From the NCBI GenBank assembly GCA_051294905.1, contig CM119371.1, forward strand, positions 18,788,001 through 18,852,000: DNA of 64,000 nucleotides, given 5' to 3'. Shown in pieces: positions 50,487 through 64,000 of this stretch. The translations under genes were made by a program, and so were the position numbers. Within the stretch, counting starts at the first letter, position 1. Each line of letters starts with the position of its first letter. The notes under the pieces are model-generated. The model made no database searches. It saw only the letters and a program-made list of their open reading frames with translations, and was not told the origin of the DNA. The DNA comes from Botryllus schlosseri. Taxonomy: Eukaryota.

Positions 50487-52824
50487 ATGAAGTATCGCGC
50501 GAAATTTGTAATTGTAGTCGGCCTAACGCATTTTCATTATATCGCAATCGTCTTAGAGAAACGGACAATGTCACATAAAACGGCAGAAACTGTCTCCATC
50601 TGTCGCCTACGACCATACCACGTTGAATATACCCGATCTCGTCCGATCTCGGAAGTCAAGTAACGTTGGGCCCGGTTAGTACTTGCATGGGTGACCGGCT
50701 GGGAATACCGGGTGTAGTAGGCGGCTTTTTCATTTTTTTCGCACAAACTCGATCAATTTGATCGCTGCGCTGTATTCACGTATGAAGTATCGCGCGAAAT
50801 TTGTAATTGTAGTCGGCCTAACACATTTTCATGATATCGAAATCTCGTGCTGTTTTGACATGACGAAAATTCCAATAAAATAACTACTCTGACAGCGAGA
50901 GCTTACTTGTCTGTTTTTCGACCAGACACAAGAACAGAGCAGGACGCCAATGATATTCGACCTCTTGTTGGTCAGAAAGTGCCTCGGCGCAATAAGACTA
51001 TCTATACTATTCTGGCGTCTCGTCGACAGCATGGCGACGGAAATTGTCACATAAAACGGCACAGATCGTAACCACTGTCGCCTACGACCATACCACGTTG
51101 AATATACCCGATCTCGTCCGATCTCGGAAGTCAAGCAACGTTGGGCCCGGTTAGTACTTGCATGGGTGACCGGCTGGGAATACCGGGTGTAGTAGGCGGC
51201 TTTTTCATTTTTTTCGCACAAACTCGATCAATTTGATCGCTGCGCTGTATTCACGTATGAAGTATCGCGCGAAATTTGTAATTGTAGTCGGCCTAACACA
51301 TTTTCATGATATCGCAATCTCGTGCTGTTTTGACATGACGAAAATTCCAATAAAATAACTACTCTGACAGCGAGAGCTTACTTGTCTGTTTTTCGACCAG
51401 ACACAAGAACAGAGCAGGACGACAATGATATTCGACTTCTAGTTGGTCAGAAAGTGCCTCGGCGCAATAAGACTATCTACTATTCTGGCGTCTCGTCGAC
51501 AGCATGGCGACGGAAATTGTCACATAAAACGGCACAGATCGTAACCACTGTCGCCTACGACCATACCGCGTTGAATATACCCGATCTCGTCCGATCTCGG
51601 AAGTCAAGCAACGTTGGGCCCGGTTAGTACTTGCATGGGTGACCGGCTGGGAATACCGGGTGTAGGTAGGCGGCTTTTGCATTTTTTATGCGCAAACTCG
51701 ATCGTTTTGATTGCAACTGTTTTGTATGCGCACGTAGGCCTACGTACAACTATGATTGTCATCATTTGCTGGCCGCCGCTTATTTCAATTGGTAGTTATA
51801 CTAGGCCTGACACATTGTCATTATATCGAAATCTCGTGCTGTTTTCACATGACGAAAAGTGCAATAAAATAACTACTCTGACAGCGAGAGCTTACTTGTG
51901 TGTTTGTCGACAAGATACAAGAACAGAGCAGGACGCCAATGATATTCGACCTCTAGTTGGTCAGAAAGTGCCTCGGCGCAATAAGACTATCTATACTATT
52001 CTGGCGTCTCGTCGACAGCATGGCGACGTAAATTGTCACTAAAAACGGCACAGATCGTAACCACTGTCGCCTACGACCATACCACGTTGAATATACCCGA
52101 TCTCGTCCGATCTCGGAAGTCAAGCAATGTTTGGCCCGGTTAGTACTTGCATGGGTGACCGGCTGGGAATACCGGGTGTAGTAGGCGGCTTTTTCATTTT
52201 TTTCGCACAAACTCGATCAATTTGATCGCTGCGCTGTATTCACGTATGAAGTATCGCGCGAAATTTGTAATTGTAGTCGGCCTAACGCATTTTCATTATA
52301 TCGCAATCGTCTTAGAGAAACGGACAATGTCACATAAAACGGCAGAAACTGTCACGATCTGTCGCCTACGACCATACCACGTTGAATATACCCGATCTCG
52401 TCCGATCTCGGAAGTCAAGTAACGTTGGGCCCGGTTAGTACTTGCATGGGTGACCGGCTGGGAATACCGGGTGTAGTAGGCGGCTTTTTCATTTTTTTCG
52501 CACAAACTCGATCAATTTGATCGCTGCGCTGTATTCACGTATGAAGTATCGCGCGAAATTTGTAATTGTAGTCGGCCTAACGCATTTTCATTATATCGCA
52601 ATCGTCTAAAAGAAACGGATAATGTCACATAAAACGGCAGAAACTGACACGATCTGTCGCCTACGACCATACCACGTTGAATATACCCGATCTCGGAAGT
52701 CAAGTAACGTTGGGCCCGGTTAGTACTTGCATGGGTGACCGGCTGGGAATACCGGGTGTAGTAGGCGGCTTTTTCATTTTTTTCGCACAAACTCGATCAA
52801 TTTGATCGCTGCGCTGTATTCACG

Positions 52825-53392
52825 GCGTCCTAAACATTGAAGATATGCGGAAACTAGAAATCGCCAAGTTTATGTATCAGTTTCACTGCGGTCGTTGCCC
52901 CGAATACTTCAATGACTTCTTTACCTCTGAATCAAAAGCGCACAAGTACAACACACGCGCGTCCACGTCGTCCAAATATCATATGATCGACCGCGAAGAT
53001 CATCGCTCCATCAAATATGCCGGACCTGATGTGTGGAACAGTATCCCGCCGGCCATCCGACAGTCGACGAGCATGTCCACATTCAAGTCGAAATACAAGC
53101 AATTACTACTAAATAAATACAGTACATCCTCAAGATTACCGGACCACGACTGACCTATCGATCTCGCTTCCCATGACATGCCGCCCTATTTCTTGTCGCA
53201 TTCTTTTTCTATACTATCTTCTTTACTTTCATTCAGTGTGCATGCCTCCTCTTTACATCGCCTAGGCCAAGGTGGGTGTCAGATTCCATAGACTACTCCT
53301 TGTCGCTTCGACATCTTCCTGTCTTTTCATTGTATCGCATTTTTGTGGTGTATTGAACTGATAAAATTGCTAATAAACCAATGATGATGATG
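52825..53392 (+). mobile_element. L2/CR1-group LINE fragment, copy 5
   Basis: Identical junctions. Confidence 0.88.
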
Positions 53393-56300
53393 ATGAAGTA
53401 TCGCGCGAAATTTGTAATTGTAGTCGGCCTAACGCATTTTCATTATATCGCAATCGTCTTAGAGAAACGGACAATGTCACATAAAACGGCAGAAACTGTC
53501 TCCATCTGTCGCCTACGACCATACCACGTTGAATATACCCGATCTCGTCCGATCTCGGAAGTCAAGTAACGTTGGGCCCGGTTAGTACTTGCATGGGTGA
53601 CCGGCTGGGAATACCGGGTGTAGTAGGCGGCTTTTTCATTTTTTTCGCACAAACTCGATCAATTTGATCGCTGCGCTGTATTCACGTATGAAGTATCGCG
53701 CGAAATTTGTAATTGTAGTCGGCCTAACACATTTTCATGATATCGAAATCTCGTGCTGTTTTGACATGACGAAAATTCCAATAAAATAACTACTCTGACA
53801 GCGAGAGCTTACTTGTCTGTTTTTCGACCAGACACAAGAACAGAGCAGGACGCCAATGATATTCGACCTCTTGTTGGTCAGAAAGTGCCTCGGCGCAATA
53901 AGACTATCTATACTATTCTGGCGTCTCGTCGACAGCATGGCGACGGAAATTGTCACATAAAACGGCACAGATCGTAACCACTGTCGCCTACGACCATACC
54001 ACGTTGAATATACCCGATCTCGTCCGATCTCGGAAGTCAAGCAACGTTGGGCCCGGTTAGTACTTGCATGGGTGACCGGCTGGGAATACCGGGTGTAGTA
54101 GGCGGCTTTTTCATTTTTTTCGCACAAACTCGATCAATTTGATCGCTGCGCTGTATTCACGTATGAAGTATCGCGCGAAATTTGTAATTGTAGTCGGCCT
54201 AACACATTTTCATGATATCGCAATCTCGTGCTGTTTTGACATGACGAAAATTCCAATAAAATAACTACTCTGACAGCGAGAGCTTACTTGTCTGTTTTTC
54301 GACCAGACACAAGAACAGAGCAGGACGACAATGATATTCGACTTCTAGTTGGTCAGAAAGTGCCTCGGCGCAATAAGACTATCTACTATTCTGGCGTCTC
54401 GTCGACAGCATGGCGACGGAAATTGTCACATAAAACGGCACAGATCGTAACCACTGTCGCCTACGACCATACCGCGTTGAATATACCCGATCTCGTCCGA
54501 TCTCGGAAGTCAAGCAACGTTGGGCCCGGTTAGTACTTGCATGGGTGACCGGCTGGGAATACCGGGTGTAGGTAGGCGGCTTTTGCATTTTTTATGCGCA
54601 AACTCGATCGTTTTGATTGCAACTGTTTTGTATGCGCACGTAGGCCTACGTACAACTATGATTGTCATCATTTGCTGGCCGCCGCTTATTTCAATTGGTA
54701 GTTATACTAGGCCTGACACATTGTCATTATATCGAAATCTCGTGCTGTTTTCACATGACGAAAAGTGCAATAAAATAACTACTCTGACAGCGAGAGCTTA
54801 CTTGTGTGTTTGTCGACAAGATACAAGAACAGAGCAGGACGCCAATGATATTCGACCTCTAGTTGGTCAGAAAGTGCCTCGGCGCAATAAGACTATCTAT
54901 ACTATTCTGGCGTCTCGTCGACAGCATGGCGACGTAAATTGTCACTAAAAACGGCACAGATCGTAACCACTGTCGCCTACGACCATACCACGTTGAATAT
55001 ACCCGATCTCGTCCGATCTCGGAAGTCAAGCAATGTTTGGCCCGGTTAGTACTTGCATGGGTGACCGGCTGGGAATACCGGGTGTAGTAGGCGGCTTTTT
55101 CATTTTTTTCGCACAAACTCGATCAATTTGATCGCTGCGCTGTATTCACGTATGAAGTATCGCGCGAAATTTGTAATTGTAGTCGGCCTAACGCATTTTC
55201 ATTATATCGCAATCGTCTTAGAGAAACGGACAATGTCACATAAAACGGCAGAAACTGTCACGATCTGTCGCCTACGACCATACCACGTTGAATATACCCG
55301 ATCTCGTCCGATCTCGGAAGTCAAGTAACGTTGGGCCCGGTTAGTACTTGCATGGGTGACCGGCTGGGAATACCGGGTGTAGTAGGCGGCTTTTTCATTT
55401 TTTTCGCACAAACTCGATCAATTTGATCGCTGCGCTGTATTCACGTATGAAGTATCGCGCGAAATTTGTAATTGTAGTCGGCCTAACACATTTTCATGAT
55501 ATCGAAATCTCGTGCTGTTTTGACATGACGAAAATTCCAATAAAATAACTACTCTGACAGCGAGAGCTTACTTGTCTGTTTTTCGACCAGACACAAGAAC
55601 AGAGCAGGACGCCAATGATATTCGACCTCTTGTTGGTCAGAAAGTGCCTCGGCGCAATAAGACTATCTATACTATTCTGGCGTCTCGTCGACAGCATGGC
55701 GACGGAAATTGTCACATAAAACGGCACAGATCGTAACCACTGTCGCCTACGACCATACCACGTTGAATATACCCGATCTCGTCCGATCTCGGAAGTCAAG
55801 CAACGTTGGGCCCGGTTAGTACTTGCATGGGTGACCGGCTGGGAATACCGGGTGTAGTAGGCGCTTTTTCATTTTTTTCGCACAAACTCGATCAATTTGA
55901 TCGCTGCGCTGTATTCACGTATGAAGTATCGCGCGAAATTTGTAATTGTAGTCGGCCTAACACATTTTCATGATATCGCAATCTCGTGCTGTTTTGACAT
56001 GACGAAAATTCCAATAAAATAACTACTCTGACAGCGAGAGCTTACTTGTCTGTTTTTCGACCAGACACAAGAACAGAGCAGGACGACAATGATATTCGAC
56101 TTCTAGTTGGTCAGAAAGTGCCTCGGCGCAATAAGACTATCTACTATTCTGGCGTCTCGTCGACAGCATGGCGACGGAAATTGTCACATAAAACGGCACA
56201 GATCGTAACCACTGTCGCCTACGACCATACCGCGTTGAATATACCCGATCTCGTCCGATCTCGGAAGTCAAGCAACGTTGGGCCCGGTTAGTACTTGCAT

Positions 56301-57488
56301 GGGTGACCGGCTGGGAATACCGGGTGTAGGTAGGCGGCTTTTGCATTTTTTATGCGCAAACTCGATCGTTTTGATTGCAACTGTTTTGTATGCGCACGTA
56401 GGCCTACGTACAACTATGATTGTCATCATTTGCTGGCCGCCGCTTATTTCAATTGGTAGTTATACTAGGCCTGACACATTGTCATTATATCGAAATCTCG
56501 TGCTGTTTTCACATGACGAAAAGTGCAATAAAATAACTACTCTGACAGCGAGAGCTTACTTGTGTGTTTGTCGACAAGATACAAGAACAGAGCAGGACGC
56601 CAATGATATTCGACCTCTAGTTGGTCAGAAAGTGCCTCGGCGCAATAAGACTATCTATACTATTCTGGCGTCTCGTCGACAGCATGGCGACGTAAATTGT
56701 CACTAAAAACGGCACAGATCGTAACCACTGTCGCCTACGACCATACCACGTTGAATATACCCGATCTCGTCCGATCTCGGAAGTCAAGCAATGTTTGGCC
56801 CGGTTAGTACTTGCATGGGTGACCGGCTGGGAATACCGGGTGTAGTAGGCGGCTTTTTCATTTTTTTCGCACAAACTCGATCAATTTGATCGCTGCGCTG
56901 TATTCACGTATGAAGTATCGCGCGAAATTTGTAATTGTAGTCGGCCTAACGCATTTTCATTATATCGCAATCGTCTTAGAGAAACGGACAATGTCACATA
57001 AAACGGCAGAAACTGTCACGATCTGTCGCCTACGACCATACCACGTTGAATATACCCGATCTCGTCCGATCTCGGAAGTCAAGTAACGTTGGGCCCGGTT
57101 AGTACTTGCATGGGTGACCGGCTGGGAATACCGGGTGTAGTAGGCGGCTTTTTCATTTTTTTCGCACAAACTCGATCAATTTGATCGCTGCGCTGTATTC
57201 ACGTATGAAGTATCGCGCGAAATTTGTAATTGTAGTCGGCCTAACGCATTTTCATTATATCGCAATCGTCTAAAAGAAACGGATAATGTCACATAAAACG
57301 GCAGAAACTGACACGATCTGTCGCCTACGACCATACCACGTTGAATATACCCGATCTCGGAAGTCAAGTAACGTTGGGCCCGGTTAGTACTTGCATGGGT
57401 GACCGGCTGGGAATACCGGGTGTAGTAGGCGGCTTTTTCATTTTTTTCGCACAAACTCGATCAATTTGATCGCTGCGCTGTATTCACG

Positions 57489-58056
57489 GCGTCCTAAACA
57501 TTGAAGATATGCGGAAACTAGAAATCGCCAAGTTTATGTATCAGTTTCACTGCGGTCGTTGCCCCGAATACTTCAATGACTTCTTTACCTCTGAATCAAA
57601 AGCGCACAAGTACAACACACGCGCGTCCACGTCGTCCAAATATCATATGATCGACCGCGAAGATCATCGCTCCATCAAATATGCCGGACCTGATGTGTGG
57701 AACAGTATCCCGCCGGCCATCCGACAGTCGACGAGCATGTCCACATTCAAGTCGAAATACAAGCAATTACTACTAAATAAATACAGTACATCCTCAAGAT
57801 TACCGGACCACGACTGACCTATCGATCTCGCTTCCCATGACATGCCGCCCTATTTCTTGTCGCATTCTTTTTCTATACTATCTTCTTTACTTTCATTCAG
57901 TGTGCATGCCTCCTCTTTACATCGCCTAGGCCAAGGTGGGTGTCAGATTCCATAGACTACTCCTTGTCGCTTCGACATCTTCCTGTCTTTTCATTGTATC
58001 GCATTTTTGTGGTGTATTGAACTGATAAAATTGCTAATAAACCAATGATGATGATG
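57489..58056 (+). mobile_element. L2/CR1-group LINE fragment, copy 6
   Basis: Identical junctions. Confidence 0.88.
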
Positions 58057-60109
58057 ATGAAGTATCGCGCGAAATTTGTAATTGTAGTCGGCCTAACGCA
58101 TTTTCATTATATCGCAATCGTCTTAGAGAAACGGACAATGTCACATAAAACGGCAGAAACTGTCTCCATCTGTCGCCTACGACCATACCACGTTGAATAT
58201 ACCCGATCTCGTCCGATCTCGGAAGTCAAGTAACGTTGGGCCCGGTTAGTACTTGCATGGGTGACCGGCTGGGAATACCGGGTGTAGTAGGCGGCTTTTT
58301 CATTTTTTTCGCACAAACTCGATCAATTTGATCGCTGCGCTGTATTCACGTATGAAGTATCGCGCGAAATTTGTAATTGTAGTCGGCCTAACACATTTTC
58401 ATGATATCGAAATCTCGTGCTGTTTTGACATGACGAAAATTCCAATAAAATAACTACTCTGACAGCGAGAGCTTACTTGTCTGTTTTTCGACCAGACACA
58501 AGAACAGAGCAGGACGCCAATGATATTCGACCTCTTGTTGGTCAGAAAGTGCCTCGGCGCAATAAGACTATCTATACTATTCTGGCGTCTCGTCGACAGC
58601 ATGGCGACGGAAATTGTCACATAAAACGGCACAGATCGTAACCACTGTCGCCTACGACCATACCACGTTGAATATACCCGATCTCGTCCGATCTCGGAAG
58701 TCAAGCAACGTTGGGCCCGGTTAGTACTTGCATGGGTGACCGGCTGGGAATACCGGGTGTAGTAGGCGGCTTTTTCATTTTTTTCGCACAAACTCGATCA
58801 ATTTGATCGCTGCGCTGTATTCACGTATGAAGTATCGCGCGAAATTTGTAATTGTAGTCGGCCTAACACATTTTCATGATATCGCAATCTCGTGCTGTTT
58901 TGACATGACGAAAATTCCAATAAAATAACTACTCTGACAGCGAGAGCTTACTTGTCTGTTTTTCGACCAGACACAAGAACAGAGCAGGACGACAATGATA
59001 TTCGACTTCTAGTTGGTCAGAAAGTGCCTCGGCGCAATAAGACTATCTACTATTCTGGCGTCTCGTCGACAGCATGGCGACGGAAATTGTCACATAAAAC
59101 GGCACAGATCGTAACCACTGTCGCCTACGACCATACCGCGTTGAATATACCCGATCTCGTCCGATCTCGGAAGTCAAGCAACGTTGGGCCCGGTTAGTAC
59201 TTGCATGGGTGACCGGCTGGGAATACCGGGTGTAGGTAGGCGGCTTTTGCATTTTTTATGCGCAAACTCGATCGTTTTGATTGCAACTGTTTTGTATGCG
59301 CACGTAGGCCTACGTACAACTATGATTGTCATCATTTGCTGGCCGCCGCTTATTTCAATTGGTAGTTATACTAGGCCTGACACATTGTCATTATATCGAA
59401 ATCTCGTGCTGTTTTCACATGACGAAAAGTGCAATAAAATAACTACTCTGACAGCGAGAGCTTACTTGTGTGTTTGTCGACAAGATACAAGAACAGAGCA
59501 GGACGCCAATGATATTCGACCTCTAGTTGGTCAGAAAGTGCCTCGGCGCAATAAGACTATCTATACTATTCTGGCGTCTCGTCGACAGCATGGCGACGTA
59601 AATTGTCACTAAAAACGGCACAGATCGTAACCACTGTCGCCTACGACCATACCACGTTGAATATACCCGATCTCGTCCGATCTCGGAAGTCAAGCAATGT
59701 TTGGCCCGGTTAGTACTTGCATGGGTGACCGGCTGGGAATACCGGGTGTAGTAGGCGGCTTTTTCATTTTTTTCGCACAAACTCGATCAATTTGATCGCT
59801 GCGCTGTATTCACGTATGAAGTATCGCGCGAAATTTGTAATTGTAGTCGGCCTAACGCATTTTCATTATATCGCAATCGTCTTAGAGAAACGGACAATGT
59901 CACATAAAACGGCAGAAACTGTCACGATCTGTCGCCTACGACCATACCACGTTGAATATACCCGATCTCGTCCGATCTCGGAAGTCAAGTAACGTTGGGC
60001 CCGGTTAGTACTTGCATGGGTGACCGGCTGGGAATACCGGGTGTAGTAGGCGGCTTTTTCATTTTTTTCGCACAAACTCGATCAATTTGATCGCTGCGCT
60101 GTATTCACG

Positions 60110-60677
60110 GCGTCCTAAACATTGAAGATATGCGGAAACTAGAAATCGCCAAGTTTATGTATCAGTTTCACTGCGGTCGTTGCCCCGAATACTTCAATGA
60201 CTTCTTTACCTCTGAATCAAAAGCGCACAAGTACAACACACGCGCGTCCACGTCGTCCAAATATCATATGATCGACCGCGAAGATCATCGCTCCATCAAA
60301 TATGCCGGACCTGATGTGTGGAACAGTATCCCGCCGGCCATCCGACAGTCGACGAGCATGTCCACATTCAAGTCGAAATACAAGCAATTACTACTAAATA
60401 AATACAGTACATCCTCAAGATTACCGGACCACGACTGACCTATCGATCTCGCTTCCCATGACATGCCGCCCTATTTCTTGTCGCATTCTTTTTCTATACT
60501 ATCTTCTTTACTTTCATTCAGTGTGCATGCCTCCTCTTTACATCGCCTAGGCCAAGGTGGGTGTCAGATTCCATGGACTACTCCTTGTCGCTTCGACATC
60601 TTCCTGTCTTTTCATTGTATCGCATTTTTGTGGTGTATTGAACTGATAAAATTGCTAATAAACCAATGATGATGATG
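60110..60677 (+). mobile_element. L2/CR1-group LINE fragment, copy 7
   Basis: Identical junctions; CCATGG variant in the UTR. Confidence 0.88.
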
Positions 60678-61741
60678 ATGAAGTATCGCGCGAAATTTGT
60701 AATTGTAGTCGGCCTAACGCATTTTCATTATATCGCAATCGTCTTAGAGAAACGGACAATGTCACATAAAACGGCAGAAACTGTCTCCATCTGTCGCCTA
60801 CGACCATACCACGTTGAATATACCCGATCTCGTCCGATCTCGGAAGTCAAGTAACGTTGGGCCCGGTTAGTACTTGCATGGGTGACCGGCTGGGAATACC
60901 GGGTGTAGTAGGCGGCTTTTTCATTTTTTTCGCACAAACTCGATCAATTTGATCGCTGCGCTGTATTCACGTATGAAGTATCGCGCGAAATTTGTAATTG
61001 TAGTCGGCCTAACACATTTTCATGATATCGAAATCTCGTGCTGTTTTGACATGACGAAAATTCCAATAAAATAACTACTCTGACAGCGAGAGCTTACTTG
61101 TCTGTTTTTCGACCAGACACAAGAACAGAGCAGGACGCCAATGATATTCGACCTCTTGTTGGTCAGAAAGTGCCTCGGCGCAATAAGACTATCTATACTA
61201 TTCTGGCGTCTCGTCGACAGCATGGCGACGGAAATTGTCACATAAAACGGCACAGATCGTAACCACTGTCGCCTACGACCATACCACGTTGAATATACCC
61301 GATCTCGTCCGATCTCGGAAGTCAAGCAACGTTGGGCCCGGTTAGTACTTGCATGGGTGACCGGCTGGGAATACCGGGTGTAGTAGGCGGCTTTTTCATT
61401 TTTTTCGCACAAACTCGATCAATTTGATCGCTGCGCTGTATTCACGTATGAAGTATCGCGCGAAATTTGTAATTGTAGTCGGCCTAACGCATTTTCATTA
61501 TATCGCAATCGTCTTAGAGAAACGGACAATGTCACATAAAACGGCAGAAACTGTCACGATCTGTCGCCTACGACCATACCACGTTGAATATACCCGATCT
61601 CGTCCGATCTCGGAAGTCAAGTAACGTTGGGCCCGGTTAGTACTTGCATGGGTGACCGGCTGGGAATACCGGGTGTAGTAGGCGGCTTTTTCATTTTTTT
61701 CGCACAAACTCGATCAATTTGATCGCTGCGCTGTATTCACG

Positions 61742-62309
61742 GCGTCCTAAACATTGAAGATATGCGGAAACTAGAAATCGCCAAGTTTATGTATCAGTTT
61801 CACTGCGGTCGTTGCCCCGAATACTTCAATGACTTCTTTACCTCTGAATCAAAAGCGCACAAGTACAACACACGCGCGTCCACGTCGTCCAAATATCATA
61901 TGATCGACCGCGAAGATCATCGCTCCATCAAATATGCCGGACCTGATGTGTGGAACAGTATCCCGCCGGCCATCCGACAGTCGACGAGCATGTCCACATT
62001 CAAGTCGAAATACAAGCAATTACTACTAAATAAATACAGTACATCCTCAAGATTACCGGACCACGACTGACCTATCGATCTCGCTTCCCATGACATGCCG
62101 CCCTATTTCTTGTCGCATTCTTTTTCTATACTATCTTCTTTACTTTCATTCAGTGTGCATGCCTCCTCTTTACATCGCCTAGGCCAAGGTGGGTGTCAGA
62201 TTCCATGGACTACTCCTTGTCGCTTCGACATCTTCCTGTCTTTTCATTGTATCGCATTTTTGTGGTGTATTGAACTGATAAAATTGCTAATAAACCAATG
62301 ATGATGATG
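61742..62309 (+). mobile_element. L2/CR1-group LINE fragment, copy 8
   Basis: Identical junctions; shares the CCATGG variant with copy 7. Confidence 0.88.
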
Positions 62310-63375
62310 ATGAAGTATCGCGCGAAATTTGTAATTGTAGTCGGCCTAACGCATTTTCATTATATCGCAATCGTCTTAGAGAAACGGACAATGTCACATA
62401 AAACGGCAGAAACTGTCTCCATCTGTCGCCTACGACCATACCACGTTGAATATACCCGATCTCGTCCGATCTCGGAAGTCAAGTAACGTTGGGCCCGGTT
62501 AGTACTTGCATGGGTGACCGGCTGGGAATACCGGGTGTAGTAGGCGGCTTTTTCATTTTTTTCGCACAAACTCGATCAATTTGATCGCTGCGCTGTATTC
62601 ACGTATGAAGTATCGCGCGAAATTTGTAATTGTAGTCGGCCTAACACATTTTCATGATATCGAAATCTCGTGCTGTTTTGACATGACGAAAATTCCAATA
62701 AAATAACTACTCTGACAGCGAGAGCTTACTTGTCTGTTTTTCGACCAGACACAAGAACAGAGCAGGACGCCAATGATATTCGACCTCTTGTTGGTCAGAA
62801 AGTGCCTCGGCGCAATAAGACTATCTATACTATTCTGGCGTCTCGTCGACAGCATGGCGACGGAAATTGTCACATAAAACGGCACAGATCGTAACCACTG
62901 TCGCCTACGACCATACCACGTTGAATATACCCGATCTCGTCCGATCTCGGAAGTCAAGCAACGTTGGGCCCGGTTAGTACTTGCATGGGTGACCGGCTGG
63001 GAATACCGGGTGTAGTAGGCGGCTTTTTCATTTTTTTCGCACAAACTCGATCAATTTGATCGCTGCGCTGTATTCACGTATGAAGTATCGCGCGAAATTT
63101 GTAATTGTAGTCGGCCTAACACATTTTCATGATATCGCAATCTCGTGCTGTTTTGACATGACGAAAATTCCAATAAAATAACTACTCTGACAGCGAGAGC
63201 TTACTTGTCTGTTTTTCGACCAGACACAAGAACAGAGCAGGACGACAATGATATTCGACTTCTAGTTGGTCAGAAAGTGCCTCGGCGCAATAAGACTATC
63301 TACTATTCTGGCGTCTCGTCGACAGCATGGCGACGGAAATTGTCACATAAAACGGCACAGATCGTAACCACTGTC

Positions 63376-63453
63376 GCCTACGACCATACCACGTTGAATA
63401 TACCCGATCTCGTCCGATCTCGGAAGTCAAGCAATGTTTGGCCCGGTTAGTAC
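63376..63453 (+). pseudogene. 5S gene interrupted at +78 by a retrotransposon
   Basis: 5S sequence stops after CCCGGTTAGTAC. Confidence 0.92.
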
Positions 63454-63999
63454 GACGGCATTAATTCGTACGATCAAGACGAATATCTATCATCGTACCA
63501 ACACGACTGCATGCACGGGAAAGACAATGAACAAACATCGGTAATACAATCTAGCGAAATATTACAAATACTAAAAGCAATGAACAGGGAAAGGTCACCG
63601 GGTTTCGACGGCCTGACAGTGGAATTCTACCTTGCAATGTGGCAAAACATTGGCTCGAGATTAACAGAAATCATAAACAACGCGCTAATATACGGAAACA
63701 TACCGCATAGCTGGAAACGTGCTAAAATTATTTTGATTCACAAAGGAAAGGACAAAAAGGATTTAGCGAACTGGCGACCCATTTCGCTATTAAACACGGA
63801 CTACAAAATAATGGCGAAAATTCTCAACAACAGACTGGTTGAGGAAATTTCGAGCAACATCAACATGACACAGAAAGCGGGAATTCCCGGAAGACAAATG
63901 GACGTGATACACAACAATGTGAGTGCAATTGTTAATTATCATCAAGAAAAACCTTTGGAAGGTTATATAATGACAATAGACGCAAGGAAAGCCTTTGAT
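63454..63999 (+). CDS. Partial ORF2 reverse transcriptase (N-terminal RT motifs), open frame of 182 codons, absent from the ORF track
   Basis: Manual translation: ...RSPGFDGLTVEFYLAMWQNIG...AKIILIHKGKDKKDLANWRPISLLNTDYKIMAKILNNRL...QKAGIPGRQM...IMTIDARKAFD. Confidence 0.93.
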
Positions 64000-64000
64000 A
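63454..64000 (+). mobile_element. 5'-truncated non-LTR retrotransposon, L1/Tx1-type (continues beyond the window)
   Basis: Abrupt junction inside the 5S gene; A-rich sense strand; RT coding frame. Confidence 0.92.

Larger units (their letters stand above)
30945..63453 (+). repeat. Tandem 5S rDNA array, right arm (~69 genes/pseudogenes; richer in long-spacer units; includes 862-bp LINE-bearing units)
   Basis: Same 5S unit and spacer classes resume exactly after the transposon end. Confidence 0.98.

Noticed and set aside
202..63450. Hundreds of repeated 60-186 aa ORFs (MIAALYSR..., MCEKNEK..., MGPVSTC..., MSVFRPD...)
   Set aside because: Shadow ORFs across 5S genes and spacers on both strands, mostly with non-ATG starts, freely broken by indels and with no recognisable domain.

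Overview
This is a eukaryotic (metazoan-type) tandem 5S rDNA array on the + strand, with about 135 genes and pseudogenes by manual count. Three interspersed unit classes occur (~295, ~473-475 and ~514-516 bp), arranged into higher-order repeats. Three unrelated mobile elements have invaded it. (1) A 7.9-kb non-autonomous TIR DNA transposon (CCCAGCAAACAC termini, 2-bp AC target duplication, CACTA/EnSpm-like) splits one 5S gene at 23006-30944 and carries nested MITEs plus probable decayed exons. (2) A 568-bp 3' fragment of an L2/CR1-group LINE sits in the spacer and has been amplified to 8 copies with the array. (3) A 5'-truncated L1/Tx1-type retrotransposon with an open RT frame is inserted inside a 5S gene at 63454 and runs off the window; it is a candidate 5S-targeting (Mutsu-like) element. 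Nearly all ORFs in the supplied track are shadow ORFs of the rDNA repeat. The species cannot be determined from this window.
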